18,278 nt of DNA from IMG/VR virus record IMGVR_UViG_2565956720_000017. One strand, written 5' to 3'. Below the pieces are notes generated by a model, which did no database searches, had not been told where the DNA came from, and saw only the letters and a program-made list of their open reading frames with translations. This DNA is from a virus. Lineage: Duplodnaviria; Heunggongvirae; Uroviricota; Caudoviricetes. Below are positions 1 through 8,243 of the stretch, piece by piece. Each line of letters starts with the position of its first letter. Positions within the stretch are counted from its first letter, which is position 1. The position numbers and the translations under genes are program-made.

Positions 1-651
1 GTGAACAACATCTTGAGAAAATCGCCAATCGAACGGCTTTGTTCATCTGTATCGATTACCCCTCATGAAATGGCTGTGGCCTTGGCTGGCCTAAACCCAT
101 CTATGCGCATTAGCGATGTGCCTGAGGAAAATTTCGAATATGTCGATTTTGTCAGAACTCATCTTGCCAGAGCTATCAAGGTGTACAGAGGTGAAAAAAC
201 TAGTAAAGACGAGCCTTGCCATGCCCTTGATATTTTCTTAGCTTCTTACCCATTTATTGACACAAATACACCAGAAATAATTGTTCAGAAAATATCAGAA
301 GCGATTGATGATTTGCGTGGCACCAAGGGCTGGGAAGAAAAAGCCCGAAACCTTGGAGGACTCCAGTTAGTAAACTACATCAAAGAAACCAACCGCAGCG
401 GACGTGGGCAGCATAGAAAGCAGGATGAGGAAAACGGGACAATGAAAATGATGGGGTTGATAGTACATCTGCTGATAAAAAAATCAGGCTCATCTTCCTA
501 CATCCAAAATGGGAAACCTAATCGCACAGCTATATACCGTGACATAGAAACCTTAATCAAGGATGAAGGGATATCCCATAAAGGAATAGCAAAAGCCACA
601 TTCCTAGAAAAAATCTCACGGGCTTTATTAGCTGTCCACGATCTCGACTAA
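1..651 (+). CDS. hypothetical protein, possibly 5'-truncated at the window edge
   Basis: Open frame from base 1 (GTG) to the stop at 649-651, 216 aa, with no motif I recognise. It sits upstream of alpA, where CP4-57-like islands carry an unknown gene between int and alpA. The true start may lie outside the window. Confidence 0.4.
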   Translation: MNNILRKSPIERLCSSVSITPHEMAVALAGLNPSMRISDVPEENFEYVDFVRTHLARAIKVYRGEKTSKDEPCHALDIFLASYPFIDTNTPEIIVQKISEAIDDLRGTKGWEEKARNLGGLQLVNYIKETNRSGRGQHRKQDEENGTMKMMGLIVHLLIKKSGSSSYIQNGKPNRTAIYRDIETLIKDEGISHKGIAKATFLEKISRALLAVHDLD

Positions 652-1010
652 TCACTTTTCACGCCCCTCCAAAGCAATGGCGGGGCATTACCTGTTTACC
701 CATCTCCACCAGCATAGATAATTCTATGCCTAGCCATTGCTATATCTGTTCGGCTTAGTTCATCTGTAATCACCCCATCTCTAAAAGATACGCCAGCTAT
801 CATTAGCCATTTTAAGCCATCATGAGCCATTATAAACCGACTCAACCAATTGAATAATAAAAGATAAAAGGAAATGTAAAAACATGATGAATGACGATGA
901 AAGATATAACTCTTTGATAAAACAATGATTTTTTAAACTGGTAACTAATTGAAAATAAAGAAAATAATTATCCCACCTGCATTTGCAATCTTTCAGTGGA
1001 TCGGTATTTT

Positions 1011-1042
1011 TTCAATAGATTTATAATTTCTTTCAATAGATT
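1011..1042. promoter_or_regulatory. direct repeat TTCAATAGATT x2 upstream of alpA
   Basis: Identical 11-bp copies at 1011-1021 and 1032-1042, spaced 21 bp start to start (two helical turns), in the AT-rich region about 80-110 bp upstream of the alpA start. AGCCAT also recurs four times around 797-835. Confidence 0.3.
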
Positions 1043-1122
1043 CTAGTCTTAATAGAAATACTGTATGGGCAACCACTAAACTTTAAGTAACTTCATGAGC
1101 TATCAGAGAGGTTACTAGAGAT

Positions 1123-1341
1123 ATGACAGCACACAAGCCAGCATCATCAGCTATCCCAACAACTGGATACATCCGTCGCTTTCGCATGCCGGAATTGCTA
1201 GGTGTTTCACTGCCTACTATTGATAGATGGGTTAAAAATGGCACTCTTCCACGCCCAGTGAAGCTAACAGATAACGTGACTGCGTTTGATGCGGTGGAAA
1301 TTAATAACTGGCTGGCAGAACGCCGAAACACATCAGCCTGA
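1123..1341 (+). CDS. alpA: AlpA-family DNA-binding transcriptional regulator (prophage excision/regulatory protein)
   Basis: 72 aa. The sequence RMPELLGVSLPTIDRWVKNGTLPRPVKL...EINNWLAERR matches the AlpA (Phage_AlpA) helix-turn-helix signature in length and motif. Confidence 0.85.
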   Translation: MTAHKPASSAIPTTGYIRRFRMPELLGVSLPTIDRWVKNGTLPRPVKLTDNVTAFDAVEINNWLAERRNTSA

Positions 1342-1415
1342 TTAAATGACTACGGGGGATGACGTTCAACCCCACCAGCAAACAAAAGTAACTTAATTTA
1401 ATAGCAGGTGTTTTT

Positions 1416-2114
1416 ATGAAACTGCGAAAAACGCCCGTACAGGGGCAGGGCTTCGTTCGGCCTGAAACCAGCATGAGCGATATTCTGGTTCGCCACAAAG
1501 CGGAGTCGCGCATTGATTCCCGCTTATTTGCTGAGCGTATTGGCATAAAGCACAAAAACCTTTATTCGCTCATTCAGAAGCACAAAACCGGATTGCGTGA
1601 ACTGGGCATCCTTCCGTTTCAAACGGAGCGATTAAAAACCCGTCAAAACGGGGAGCGTGAACATAAGTTTGCCCTCCTGAATAGCGATCAGTTTGATTAC
1701 ATGTGTCGCATTGTGCGCGGTCGTGATGATGAACGCATGAACCGCTTCAAGCTGGATGTTACGAAGGCATTCGCAAAACATCGCGCTACCGAGCCTGTAC
1801 GCCGTGAATATCTGCCAGGCTATCACGAAAGCCGTGACGGGCTTAAAGCACTGGGCGCAGAACGTCACCATTACATCAATCTGGCACGCGCAGAGAACCG
1901 TGTTACAGGTCTGGTAACTGGCGAACGAGGCACAGCCAGCGAGCAGCAGTTAGGCTTGCTGATTGTCATGCAGAAAATCGAACAGGCCGCATTTGAGGAG
2001 GCGATACAGAACGGCATGACACCTACCGAAGCAGTGCGGGAGGTTGCCCGACGCATGGAGACATTCGCCAGCCTGATGACATCTGAGCCGTATCTGGGGG
2101 TGAAATATGCGTAA
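1416..2114 (+). CDS. Rha-family phage regulatory protein (antirepressor-like)
   Basis: 232 aa with AGGTG 8 nt upstream of the ATG. The N-terminal region DSRLFAERIGIKHKNLYSLIQKH...LGILPF...NGEREHKFALLNSDQFDYMC follows the Rha pattern. An internal start at the MSDILV methionine (about 1470) is possible. Confidence 0.6.
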   Translation: MKLRKTPVQGQGFVRPETSMSDILVRHKAESRIDSRLFAERIGIKHKNLYSLIQKHKTGLRELGILPFQTERLKTRQNGEREHKFALLNSDQFDYMCRIVRGRDDERMNRFKLDVTKAFAKHRATEPVRREYLPGYHESRDGLKALGAERHHYINLARAENRVTGLVTGERGTASEQQLGLLIVMQKIEQAAFEEAIQNGMTPTEAVREVARRMETFASLMTSEPYLGVKYA

Positions 2115-2883
2115 TTATGTTATCCCGCCCAATCATGAAGGCGGTTATATTTATGTGGCGCTTTCTGACATTGGATTAGTTAAGGTTGGAAAAACCAGAA
2201 ATGTTTCAGCCAGAATGAAACAGCTATCCACTGGTAGCGGCATCGAAATCACTAAAGTTGAGGTGTTGGGGCCATTTGTTAATTACGGACAAGTTGAGTT
2301 AGCTATTCATGCAAAACTTTCATCAGAACGCCGCTCTGGTGAATGGTTTTCTGCCGATTTGGATACGGTTAAAGCAATTGCCATCGACGCATCAAGAATT
2401 GGCACTCCAGGTACGAAGTTAGTTAATAAAGATGTTAACCATCCAATAATTGTTTACTTGTGGCTTGACGCACATGAGAAACACACCGAGTACGAGAAAA
2501 AACTATGTGAAATACTGTCTGATAGAGCAATTAACTTTCTTAATAATTATGGTGCGCCTTGCGTCCCATATGTTGCTTTATGCATTCATACAATGGGGCA
2601 GGTCATTCTTCAACAAGGCCAAAAGGCCTACTCTGTGTATCCACGAGGATTTGAAGCGTCCTCATTGCATCAATTAAGGGAGGATTGGGGGAATTTTGCA
2701 GATAAAGATATTTTCGAAAACTCTGAATTTGACGAGTTTCTTATAGATATAAGCGATAAAGATAAATTTAAGTCCGCGGCTGAGAAATGGAGGTCTGAGG
2801 CAATAAATAATCTTTTCGCAGAACTTACAGATGATTACCAGCGCTGGTTAGCCCGCCACATGGAGGTGAGCAGCCATGCGTAA
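2107..2883 (+). CDS. T5orf172 (GIY-YIG-like) domain protein
   Basis: 258 aa. The start overlaps the previous stop (ATGCGTAA) and GGGGGTGA lies upstream. The N-terminus GYIYVALSDIGLVKVGKTRNVSARMKQL...ELAIHAKL...RRSGEWFSADL is the T5orf172/MUG113-type signature. The C-terminal half is AT-rich with no recognisable motif. Confidence 0.65.
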   Translation: MRNYVIPPNHEGGYIYVALSDIGLVKVGKTRNVSARMKQLSTGSGIEITKVEVLGPFVNYGQVELAIHAKLSSERRSGEWFSADLDTVKAIAIDASRIGTPGTKLVNKDVNHPIIVYLWLDAHEKHTEYEKKLCEILSDRAINFLNNYGAPCVPYVALCIHTMGQVILQQGQKAYSVYPRGFEASSLHQLREDWGNFADKDIFENSEFDEFLIDISDKDKFKSAAEKWRSEAINNLFAELTDDYQRWLARHMEVSSHA

Positions 2884-3434
2884 ACCTGTCTTTTATGCCG
2901 GGCGCACTGAAATCTCTGTCATTAAATTCGATGACATTCAGGTGCGCATAGTGAGTATCAACGGCGAACCGTGGTTTGTTGGCGCTGATGTGTGTGCTGC
3001 GCTGGAAATCAGCAATGTTACTGATGCCGTTTCAGTTCTGGATAACGACGAGGTAATGACCCTAGCTTTAACCGAGGGGCATTCCGGTAAGCGTGGTGGT
3101 GCCAGAAGCTGGAATGTTGTCTCTGAATCAGGTTTCTACAAACTGATCGCCCGCAGCCGTAAAGCTTCCACACCAGGCACATTTGCGCACCGTTTCAGTA
3201 ACTGGGTATTCCGCGAGGTTATCCCTTCAATCCGCAAAACGGGGGGGTTATGGTGTTCCGTTTGCCATGCTGAATGATTTCAGTAAACGCCAGGCTGCCT
3301 ATCAACAGGAAGCCAGCAAACGCGGTTACAGGTTACAGCAATGCAAAGAGGCAAAAGATGCACTGGAACGAGAAGAGCGGGCGCTATGGCGTAAATATCA
3401 GCCTGATTTTCTGGAGGGTGAAAACAATGTGTAA
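2876..3434 (+). pseudogene. BRO-N domain antirepressor-like protein, interrupted by a +1 frameshift at a G7 tract
   Basis: The frame starting at 2876 (GGAGGTGA SD) encodes a BRO-N domain (FDDIQVRIVSINGEPWFVGADVCAALEI) and stops at 3277 shortly after GGGGGGG at 3241-3247. The adjacent frame then continues from the same tract to a stop at 3434 (GGYGVPFAMLNDFSKRQAAYQQ...). One fewer G would give a single protein of about 186 aa. This is either an assembly error or a real inactivating or slippage-prone tract. Confidence 0.6.
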
Positions 3435-3481
3435 CGATCCGAACGTTACAGAAAGAAAAAGCGCTACGTTGCTGGATAACT

Positions 3482-3512
3482 GGCAAAACAAAGGCGACCG
3501 GGAGAGGTCGCC
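3482..3512 (-). terminator. Rho-independent terminator for the minus-strand regulator operon
   Basis: Perfect 7-bp stem GGCGACC (3493-3499) / GGTCGCC (3506-3512) with a 6-nt loop. On the minus strand it is followed by TTTGTTTTGCCA (complement of 3481-3492), about 67 nt past the stop of the 3579..3773 gene. Confidence 0.5.
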
Positions 3513-3578
3513 AGTGGGAACAAAGGAAATCAAACGCATCGCCAACAATGCCAGATTTGCAGCTGGTGGGCAATGTGA

Positions 3579-3773
3579 TCAGTCAGATTTGGTTCGTTCC
3601 AGGGTTTGCAACGAGAGCTTTTTCCTGTGCTCTTTAAGGAATTTCTCAAGAGCAAACGAACAAGGTGCGAATCTTTCTGATTCATGTTCATGCGCTATAT
3701 TTTTGCGTCGTCTCTTACGAGTTGGTGATGGTGTTTTGGTTGATTCTTTATCGGTCATTGTGTTGTCCTGCAT
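3579..3773 (-). CDS. small basic hypothetical protein
   Basis: 64-aa ORF from the track with a basic stretch (RKRRRKNIAHEHE). It lies between the upstream minus-strand gene and the minus-strand terminator. There is no convincing SD; an internal start at 3758 is possible. Confidence 0.35.
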   Translation of the reverse strand: MQDNTMTDKESTKTPSPTRKRRRKNIAHEHESERFAPCSFALEKFLKEHRKKLSLQTLERTKSD

Positions 3774-3815
3774 AGCAATGCGCCTGCGTTCCTCAAACTA
3801 TGGCGCTGATAGTGG

Positions 3816-3995
3816 CTATTCCTGCTCTTTGGCCTTCCGGCGCTGTCGGCGTTTGATCTCGCCGCGCATGGCTGCACTTATAAACTGCCCTGTACTTTCG
3901 CCTTCTTCTTTCACGTTTTCCATGCCTTCAATAATTTCATGGGCAATACGTGCAGTTACAGATTGTGATTTTGCATTCTTTGGACCTGTTGCCAT
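3816..3995 (-). CDS. small putative regulatory protein (repressor-like) transcribed divergently from the replication operon
   Basis: Start chosen at the ATG at 3995 (protein MATGPKNAKSQ..., about 59 aa), which has AAGGAG 6 nt upstream on the minus strand. The track's longer 72-aa version starts further upstream without an SD. The gene abuts the operator-bearing divergent promoter. Confidence 0.5.
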   Translation of the reverse strand: MATGPKNAKSQSVTARIAHEIIEGMENVKEEGESTGQFISAAMRGEIKRRQRRKAKEQE

Positions 3996-4016
3996 GTCTA
4001 ACTCCTTATGTTTTTG

Positions 4017-4097
4017 GTGTAAGACAATATACATGAAAAAAAATTATTTTGAAGGGTTGACGTGTAAGACACTGCTATTTTACATTGTGTCTTACAC
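4017..4097. promoter_or_regulatory. divergent promoter region with three copies of a GTGTAAGACA(C) operator
   Basis: Plus-strand -35 TTGACG at 4057-4062 and -10 TTACAT/TACATT at about 4080-4086. An 11-bp perfect inverted repeat, GTGTAAGACAC (4062-4072) and GTGTCTTACAC (4087-4097), brackets the spacer and -10. A third copy, GTGTAAGACA (4017-4026), lies at the expected start of the minus-strand transcript. Confidence 0.55.
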
Positions 4098-4390
4098 CTT
4101 GTTGGTGCAAGGTGCAGAAACGACGAAACCCGGCAGTGCTGGAACACTAACCGGGCTTCTAACCACCAACGATAGCAGAAGTATCGAGGTAGCTATGAGA
4201 AATCATACCACACACCCGCAAGGGCGGGACTCGCACAACCTGAATAAATACATCTGGCGTTTTATCGCCCTGAGCACGGCACAACCGCGCGTAATCCACA
4301 TTGAGGCCACCAGAGAACAGGAAGCCCGTCAGCAATCCCCGGCTGGCTGCGTGATGGTATTTACTGCCCGCATCCGTCAGGAGGAACACT

Positions 4391-4648
4391 ATGCGTGATG
4401 AACGATTTATTCTTCTGGAGCAAAAATTCAGCGAAGCGCCAAAAAATGAAATTGATGCTCTTTTGCATATCGCGAATATGCTAAAAGTAGCAACGTTCCT
4501 TATAGTTTCGAATCTGGAGCATGAAACGGCGTTAGATATACTGAACAGTGCTGTCGATTATTCTGAATATATTGCCGAGGATAAATACAGGCAATTACCA
4601 GATTTGTTAACCCATAAATATAAAGAAGAACCCCATACCGGGAAATAA
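4391..4648 (+). CDS. hypothetical protein
   Basis: 85 aa with a strong SD (AGGAGG 7 nt upstream). It is the first ORF after a leader of about 290 nt. Confidence 0.6.
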   Translation: MRDERFILLEQKFSEAPKNEIDALLHIANMLKVATFLIVSNLEHETALDILNSAVDYSEYIAEDKYRQLPDLLTHKYKEEPHTGK

Positions 4649-4650
4649 AC

Positions 4651-4953
4651 ATGAAGAAGATTAAATTTACTGGCTTAAATGCCAGCGGACAGACTCACCC
4701 GAAAATCAGGATCGGGGATATTTTCCGGGATAAATATGGCGACAGTGTGGTTATTAATTCCGTGTATGAACGGCACATTACATACCGCCGCGCAGGGTAC
4801 GACTATGACTGTGTGATGCCCGTTCATCAGTTCCGGCGTGATTTTTCACTGGTATGTGCAGCACCACGCAGTAAGCCCACCAGTAAAGAGAAAGCACGGG
4901 CAAATATTCAGGTAATAAAGAACATGATTAACGCATTCAGGGGCAAGAAATGA
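4651..4953 (+). CDS. hypothetical protein
   Basis: 100 aa, tightly packed between the preceding ORF and the primase gene; its stop overlaps the primase start (ATGA). Confidence 0.55.
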   Translation: MKKIKFTGLNASGQTHPKIRIGDIFRDKYGDSVVINSVYERHITYRRAGYDYDCVMPVHQFRRDFSLVCAAPRSKPTSKEKARANIQVIKNMINAFRGKK

Positions 4954-7076
4954 AACGCGCACCGAATTTAAAGCACCAGCCGAAAGACAAAATGACGGAG
5001 GTGATTATCTTTGCGGGTAGTGATGCCTGGGCACATGCGAAAGAGTGGAGCGAATGGGCCGGAAAGCATATTGCGGCAGATGATACACATCCAGTTATTC
5101 TTGGACCGGAACAACTGGCGAGTCTGGCAGACACGCAAATCATCGACAAAGGGCGCTATTACGTGCGCGTTTATCGTGCTGGTGAAATATCAGAGCAGCA
5201 CCTTACACAGATAGCGACACTGCTTGCAGTGGCGGGTGTGAAGGAGGCGCGTTGCTACCGCAGCTTTGTTGACCAGCAGCCGGAGGACTGGACACCGCGC
5301 ATGGCTGGACTGAAGGATGATGCGGAACGCGGTAACAGTCTGGTGTTCAACCTTCCGGCAAAGACAAATTTCACCGGAAATTATGATGACGAATTAAAGC
5401 CTCGTGTTGAAAGTCGCGTCGATGGTGTTTTCTGGGTAACGCCCAAAGTGGACAAGCAGTCAGGCGAAATTATCCGGCCTGAGACGTGGTTATGTTCTCC
5501 GCTTGAACTACTGGGAACAGGAACAATCGGCAAAGAGCATTACCGCGTGATGCGCTGGAAAAAACCAGCAAACCATGAGGTCATTACAATGGCGGTCCCG
5601 TGCGGAGGCATTGGTGACCGTGACGGCTGGCGGTTGCTGAAAGACCACGGTCTTAACGTGACGACCAACGGCAAATACAGAGCCATCCTGGCTGACTGGA
5701 TGCAGTTAAGCGGAAGTCATGAGGAATGGCAGCTAAGCACTACAACGGGCTGGCATTTTGGTGCGTACATCATGCCGGATGGTTCGGTCATTGGTGAATC
5801 AGAGAAACCCATCCTGTTTACCGGAAAAACTGCCGCAGTTAATGGCTATTCCGTGGCGGGAACAGCGGAGGGCTGGCGCGATACCGTGGCGCGGCTGGCT
5901 GGTGGTAATCCGTCCATGATGCTGGGTGTGGCGGTATCGCTATCCGCACCATTAATCGGGCTGGTGGGTGCTGACGGCTTCGGGGTTCATCTTTTTGAGC
6001 AATCATCAGCAGGTAAAACCACCACACAGAACATTGCATCAAGTTTATGGGGAGAGCCGGACGCGCAACGGCTGACCTGGTACGGAACGGCGTTAGGTAT
6101 CGCCAACGAGGCCGAAGCACATAATGACGGGCTGTTACCCCTGGATGAAATAGGCCAGGCCGGAAACGCGCGGGAGGTGTCCACGTCAGCCTATACGCTG
6201 TTTAACGGTTCCGGGAAATTACAGGGGGCGAAGGACGGCGGCAACAGGGAGATAAAACACTGGCGCACGGTGGCAATCAGCACCGGAGAAATGGACGTTG
6301 AAACATTCCTCAAAACGGAAGGGATAAAAATTAAAGCGGGGCAGCTTGTCCGTCTGCTTAACGTGCCGATGGAAAAGGCATCGCAGTTTCACGAATACAG
6401 CACCGGAAAGGCGCACGCAGACGCGTTAAAAGATGCCTGGACAGAAAATCACGGGGCGGCAGGTCGTGAGTGGGTTAAATGGCTGGCAGGTCACCAGCAG
6501 GAGGCAAAGGACGCGGTAAGGGCATGTCGCGAGCGGTGGCGCAACCTGATACCGGAGAGCTACGGCGAGCAGGTTCACCGTGTGGGGGAAAGATTCGCCG
6601 TACTGGAGGCCGCGCTTGTGCTTTCCGGTCATGTTACAGGCTGGGATGTTCAGGCGTGCCGTGATGCAGTTCAGCATAACTTTAATGCCTGGGTGAAGGA
6701 ATTCGGCACGGGCAACAGGGAATTTAAACAGATGGTTGAACAGGCTGAGGCGTTTTTGTCGTCGTTCGGGTTCAGTCGATACCTTCCCTATCCAAACAGC
6801 GACGAGCGTGATTTACCGATTAAAGACCTTGCCGGATACAGAAAGGGGAGTATCAGAAACGAAGATGACGAGTTCCGTTTTTACACGTTCCCGCATGTGT
6901 TTGAGGGTGAGATAGCACAGGGATTTAATCCGTCTCACTTTGCCCGCGCGTTGAGTGCTGCCGGAATGCTGGAAGCGGGAGGCGACCGCCGTTACAAGAA
7001 AAAGGCGCTCGGCAGGATTGGCGGGAAGCAGCATATTTTTTACGTGCTGATGTTCCAGCCTGAAGCAGAAGATTAA
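4950..7076 (+). CDS. replication initiation protein, primase/helicase-like with P-loop NTPase (DUF927-like)
   Basis: 708 aa. A Walker A-like P-loop FEQSSAGKTTTQNIA sits in the central region. The gene follows alpA and small ORFs and is immediately followed by an iteron array, the layout of replication proteins in P4/CP4/PICI-type elements. The family name is from memory, not from a search. Confidence 0.7.
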   Translation: MKRAPNLKHQPKDKMTEVIIFAGSDAWAHAKEWSEWAGKHIAADDTHPVILGPEQLASLADTQIIDKGRYYVRVYRAGEISEQHLTQIATLLAVAGVKEARCYRSFVDQQPEDWTPRMAGLKDDAERGNSLVFNLPAKTNFTGNYDDELKPRVESRVDGVFWVTPKVDKQSGEIIRPETWLCSPLELLGTGTIGKEHYRVMRWKKPANHEVITMAVPCGGIGDRDGWRLLKDHGLNVTTNGKYRAILADWMQLSGSHEEWQLSTTTGWHFGAYIMPDGSVIGESEKPILFTGKTAAVNGYSVAGTAEGWRDTVARLAGGNPSMMLGVAVSLSAPLIGLVGADGFGVHLFEQSSAGKTTTQNIASSLWGEPDAQRLTWYGTALGIANEAEAHNDGLLPLDEIGQAGNAREVSTSAYTLFNGSGKLQGAKDGGNREIKHWRTVAISTGEMDVETFLKTEGIKIKAGQLVRLLNVPMEKASQFHEYSTGKAHADALKDAWTENHGAAGREWVKWLAGHQQEAKDAVRACRERWRNLIPESYGEQVHRVGERFAVLEAALVLSGHVTGWDVQACRDAVQHNFNAWVKEFGTGNREFKQMVEQAEAFLSSFGFSRYLPYPNSDERDLPIKDLAGYRKGSIRNEDDEFRFYTFPHVFEGEIAQGFNPSHFARALSAAGMLEAGGDRRYKKKALGRIGGKQHIFYVLMFQPEAED

Positions 7077-7100
7077 CTTCCCTGTGTGAGGTAAAAAGTT

Positions 7101-7224
7101 GCGGGTTATGCGGGTTATCCTGTGCATAAGTTAATTAACTGCATGATTAAAAAGGAAATCAATAACCCGCACGTAACCCGCAAAACGGCAGTTATAACCC
7201 GCAAATGTGCGATTGTAACCCGCA
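7101..7224. repeat. iteron array (putative origin of replication)
   Basis: Two tandem GCGGGTTAT copies (7101-7109, 7110-7118), then an AT-rich spacer, then four TAACCCGCA copies in the opposite orientation starting at 7163, 7174, 7195 and 7216 (spacings 11, 21 and 21 bp). It lies directly downstream of the primase stop. Confidence 0.7.
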
Positions 7225-7286
7225 AAATTTCACTGTAAGAGTGTAAACAAGCGTAACTATCACGTTAAAACCGGAGAACAAACAGC

Positions 7287-7709
7287 ATGACGGCGCAAAT
7301 ATCAGCTTACGGGCGGCTGGTGGCTGACCCGCAGTTAAAGACCACCAGCAAGGGCACACAAATGGCGATGGCGAGTATGGCGGTCCCCCTTCCATGCAAT
7401 CAGGCAGATGACGGAACGGCGACGATGTGGTTATCCGTCCTGGCGTTTGGCAGACAGGCCGACGCACTGGCAAAACACCACAAAGGCGAACTGGTGAGCG
7501 TGGCGGGTAACATGCAGGTAAGCCAGTGGACAGGCCAGAACGGCGAAACGCGGCAGGGCTGGCAGGTTATCGCAGACAGCGTAATCAGTGCGAGAACGGC
7601 GCGACCGGGCGGCAAAAAAGGCCAGCAAGGGCAGGCTACTGACGCACTGAACAGGGCAAAACAACAGGCGGGTAACGACGATCCGTACGGGGACGGGATA
7701 CCGTTTTAA
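7287..7709 (+). CDS. ssb: single-stranded DNA-binding protein (SSB-like)
   Basis: 140 aa with an OB-fold-like N-terminal region, a Gly/Gln-rich linker and the acidic C-terminal tail ...DDPYGDGIPF, which resembles the SSB DDDIPF tip. GGAGAA lies upstream. Confidence 0.7.
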   Translation: MTAQISAYGRLVADPQLKTTSKGTQMAMASMAVPLPCNQADDGTATMWLSVLAFGRQADALAKHHKGELVSVAGNMQVSQWTGQNGETRQGWQVIADSVISARTARPGGKKGQQGQATDALNRAKQQAGNDDPYGDGIPF

Positions 7710-7745
7710 TTCACAACAGCGAACAGAGTAATTACAGGGGAAGGC

Positions 7746-8243
7746 ATGACAAAGCTGACCATAAACAGAAAACCGAAGGGCATTTACGGCACGCCGCAGA
7801 AAACAGCACAGGCGGCGCAGCAGCAGAATAAAACCACATCGGCGCATAAAGTGATGCCAGATAACCAGAACACACAGCAGAAGCTCACAGGAGCAACACC
7901 GCGGCGGCGTATGACCAAACAGCAGCGTAAAAACCGCAGACGCGTTAACCGTCTTATTGAGCTATGGCCTGAATTATTCAGCCCGGAATCACCTAAGCCG
8001 CTTAAGGTGGGGATATTTGACGACCTGATACAGGATATTGCCGCGAGAGGTATTTCACTCGGACAGGGAACACTACGCGCAACGCTGGCGCGTTATGTGC
8101 AGACTCCGCGCTATTACCGCGCCCTGGTAGCTGGTGGCGCGCGTTACGACCTGAAAGGCCAGCCGTGCGGCGAGGTAACACCACTACAACAGACGCACGC
8201 AGGAAAACTACTGGAGGAGATGAATGGAAATAGTAAGAAATGA
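7746..8243 (+). CDS. ProQ/FinO-domain RNA-binding protein
   Basis: 165 aa. [30 protein letters not shown]...[11 protein letters not shown] parallels the E. coli ProQ N-terminal domain (PLKIGIFQDL...VDLDGNPCGEL) as I recall it. The N-terminus is basic and Gln-rich. Confidence 0.8.
   Translation: MTKLTINRKPKGIYGTPQKTAQAAQQQNKTTSAHKVMPDNQNTQQKLTGATPRRRMTKQQRKNRRRVNRLIELWPELFSPESPKPLKVGIFDDLIQDIAARGISLGQGTLRATLARYVQTPRYYRALVAGGARYDLKGQPCGEVTPLQQTHAGKLLEEMNGNSKK

Noticed and set aside
651-700. Possible terminator hairpin after the first ORF (GCCCC ... GGGGC)
   Set aside because: The stem is only 5 bp with a loop of about 14 nt and no downstream T-tract. It is too weak to call.
1083-1555. Minus-strand ORFs of 82 and 84 aa antisense to alpA and to the start of the Rha gene
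   Set aside because: They are antisense to genes with clear family signatures and have no translation signals.
2450-2677. 75-aa alternative-frame ORF inside the T5orf172 gene
   Set aside because: It is nested in a different frame within a gene that has a recognisable domain and proper translation signals.
3274-4398. 374-aa plus-strand ORF spanning the regulatory region
   Set aside because: It runs antisense through two minus-strand genes that have their own SD and terminator and through the operator/promoter region. Its Cys/Ser/Arg-rich composition is unlike a real protein. It is most likely a chance open frame.
7101-7224. Possibility that the short phased repeats are a CRISPR array
   Set aside because: The repeats are only 9 bp, occur in both orientations, and have 2-12 bp spacers. 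They match iterons, not CRISPR repeats.
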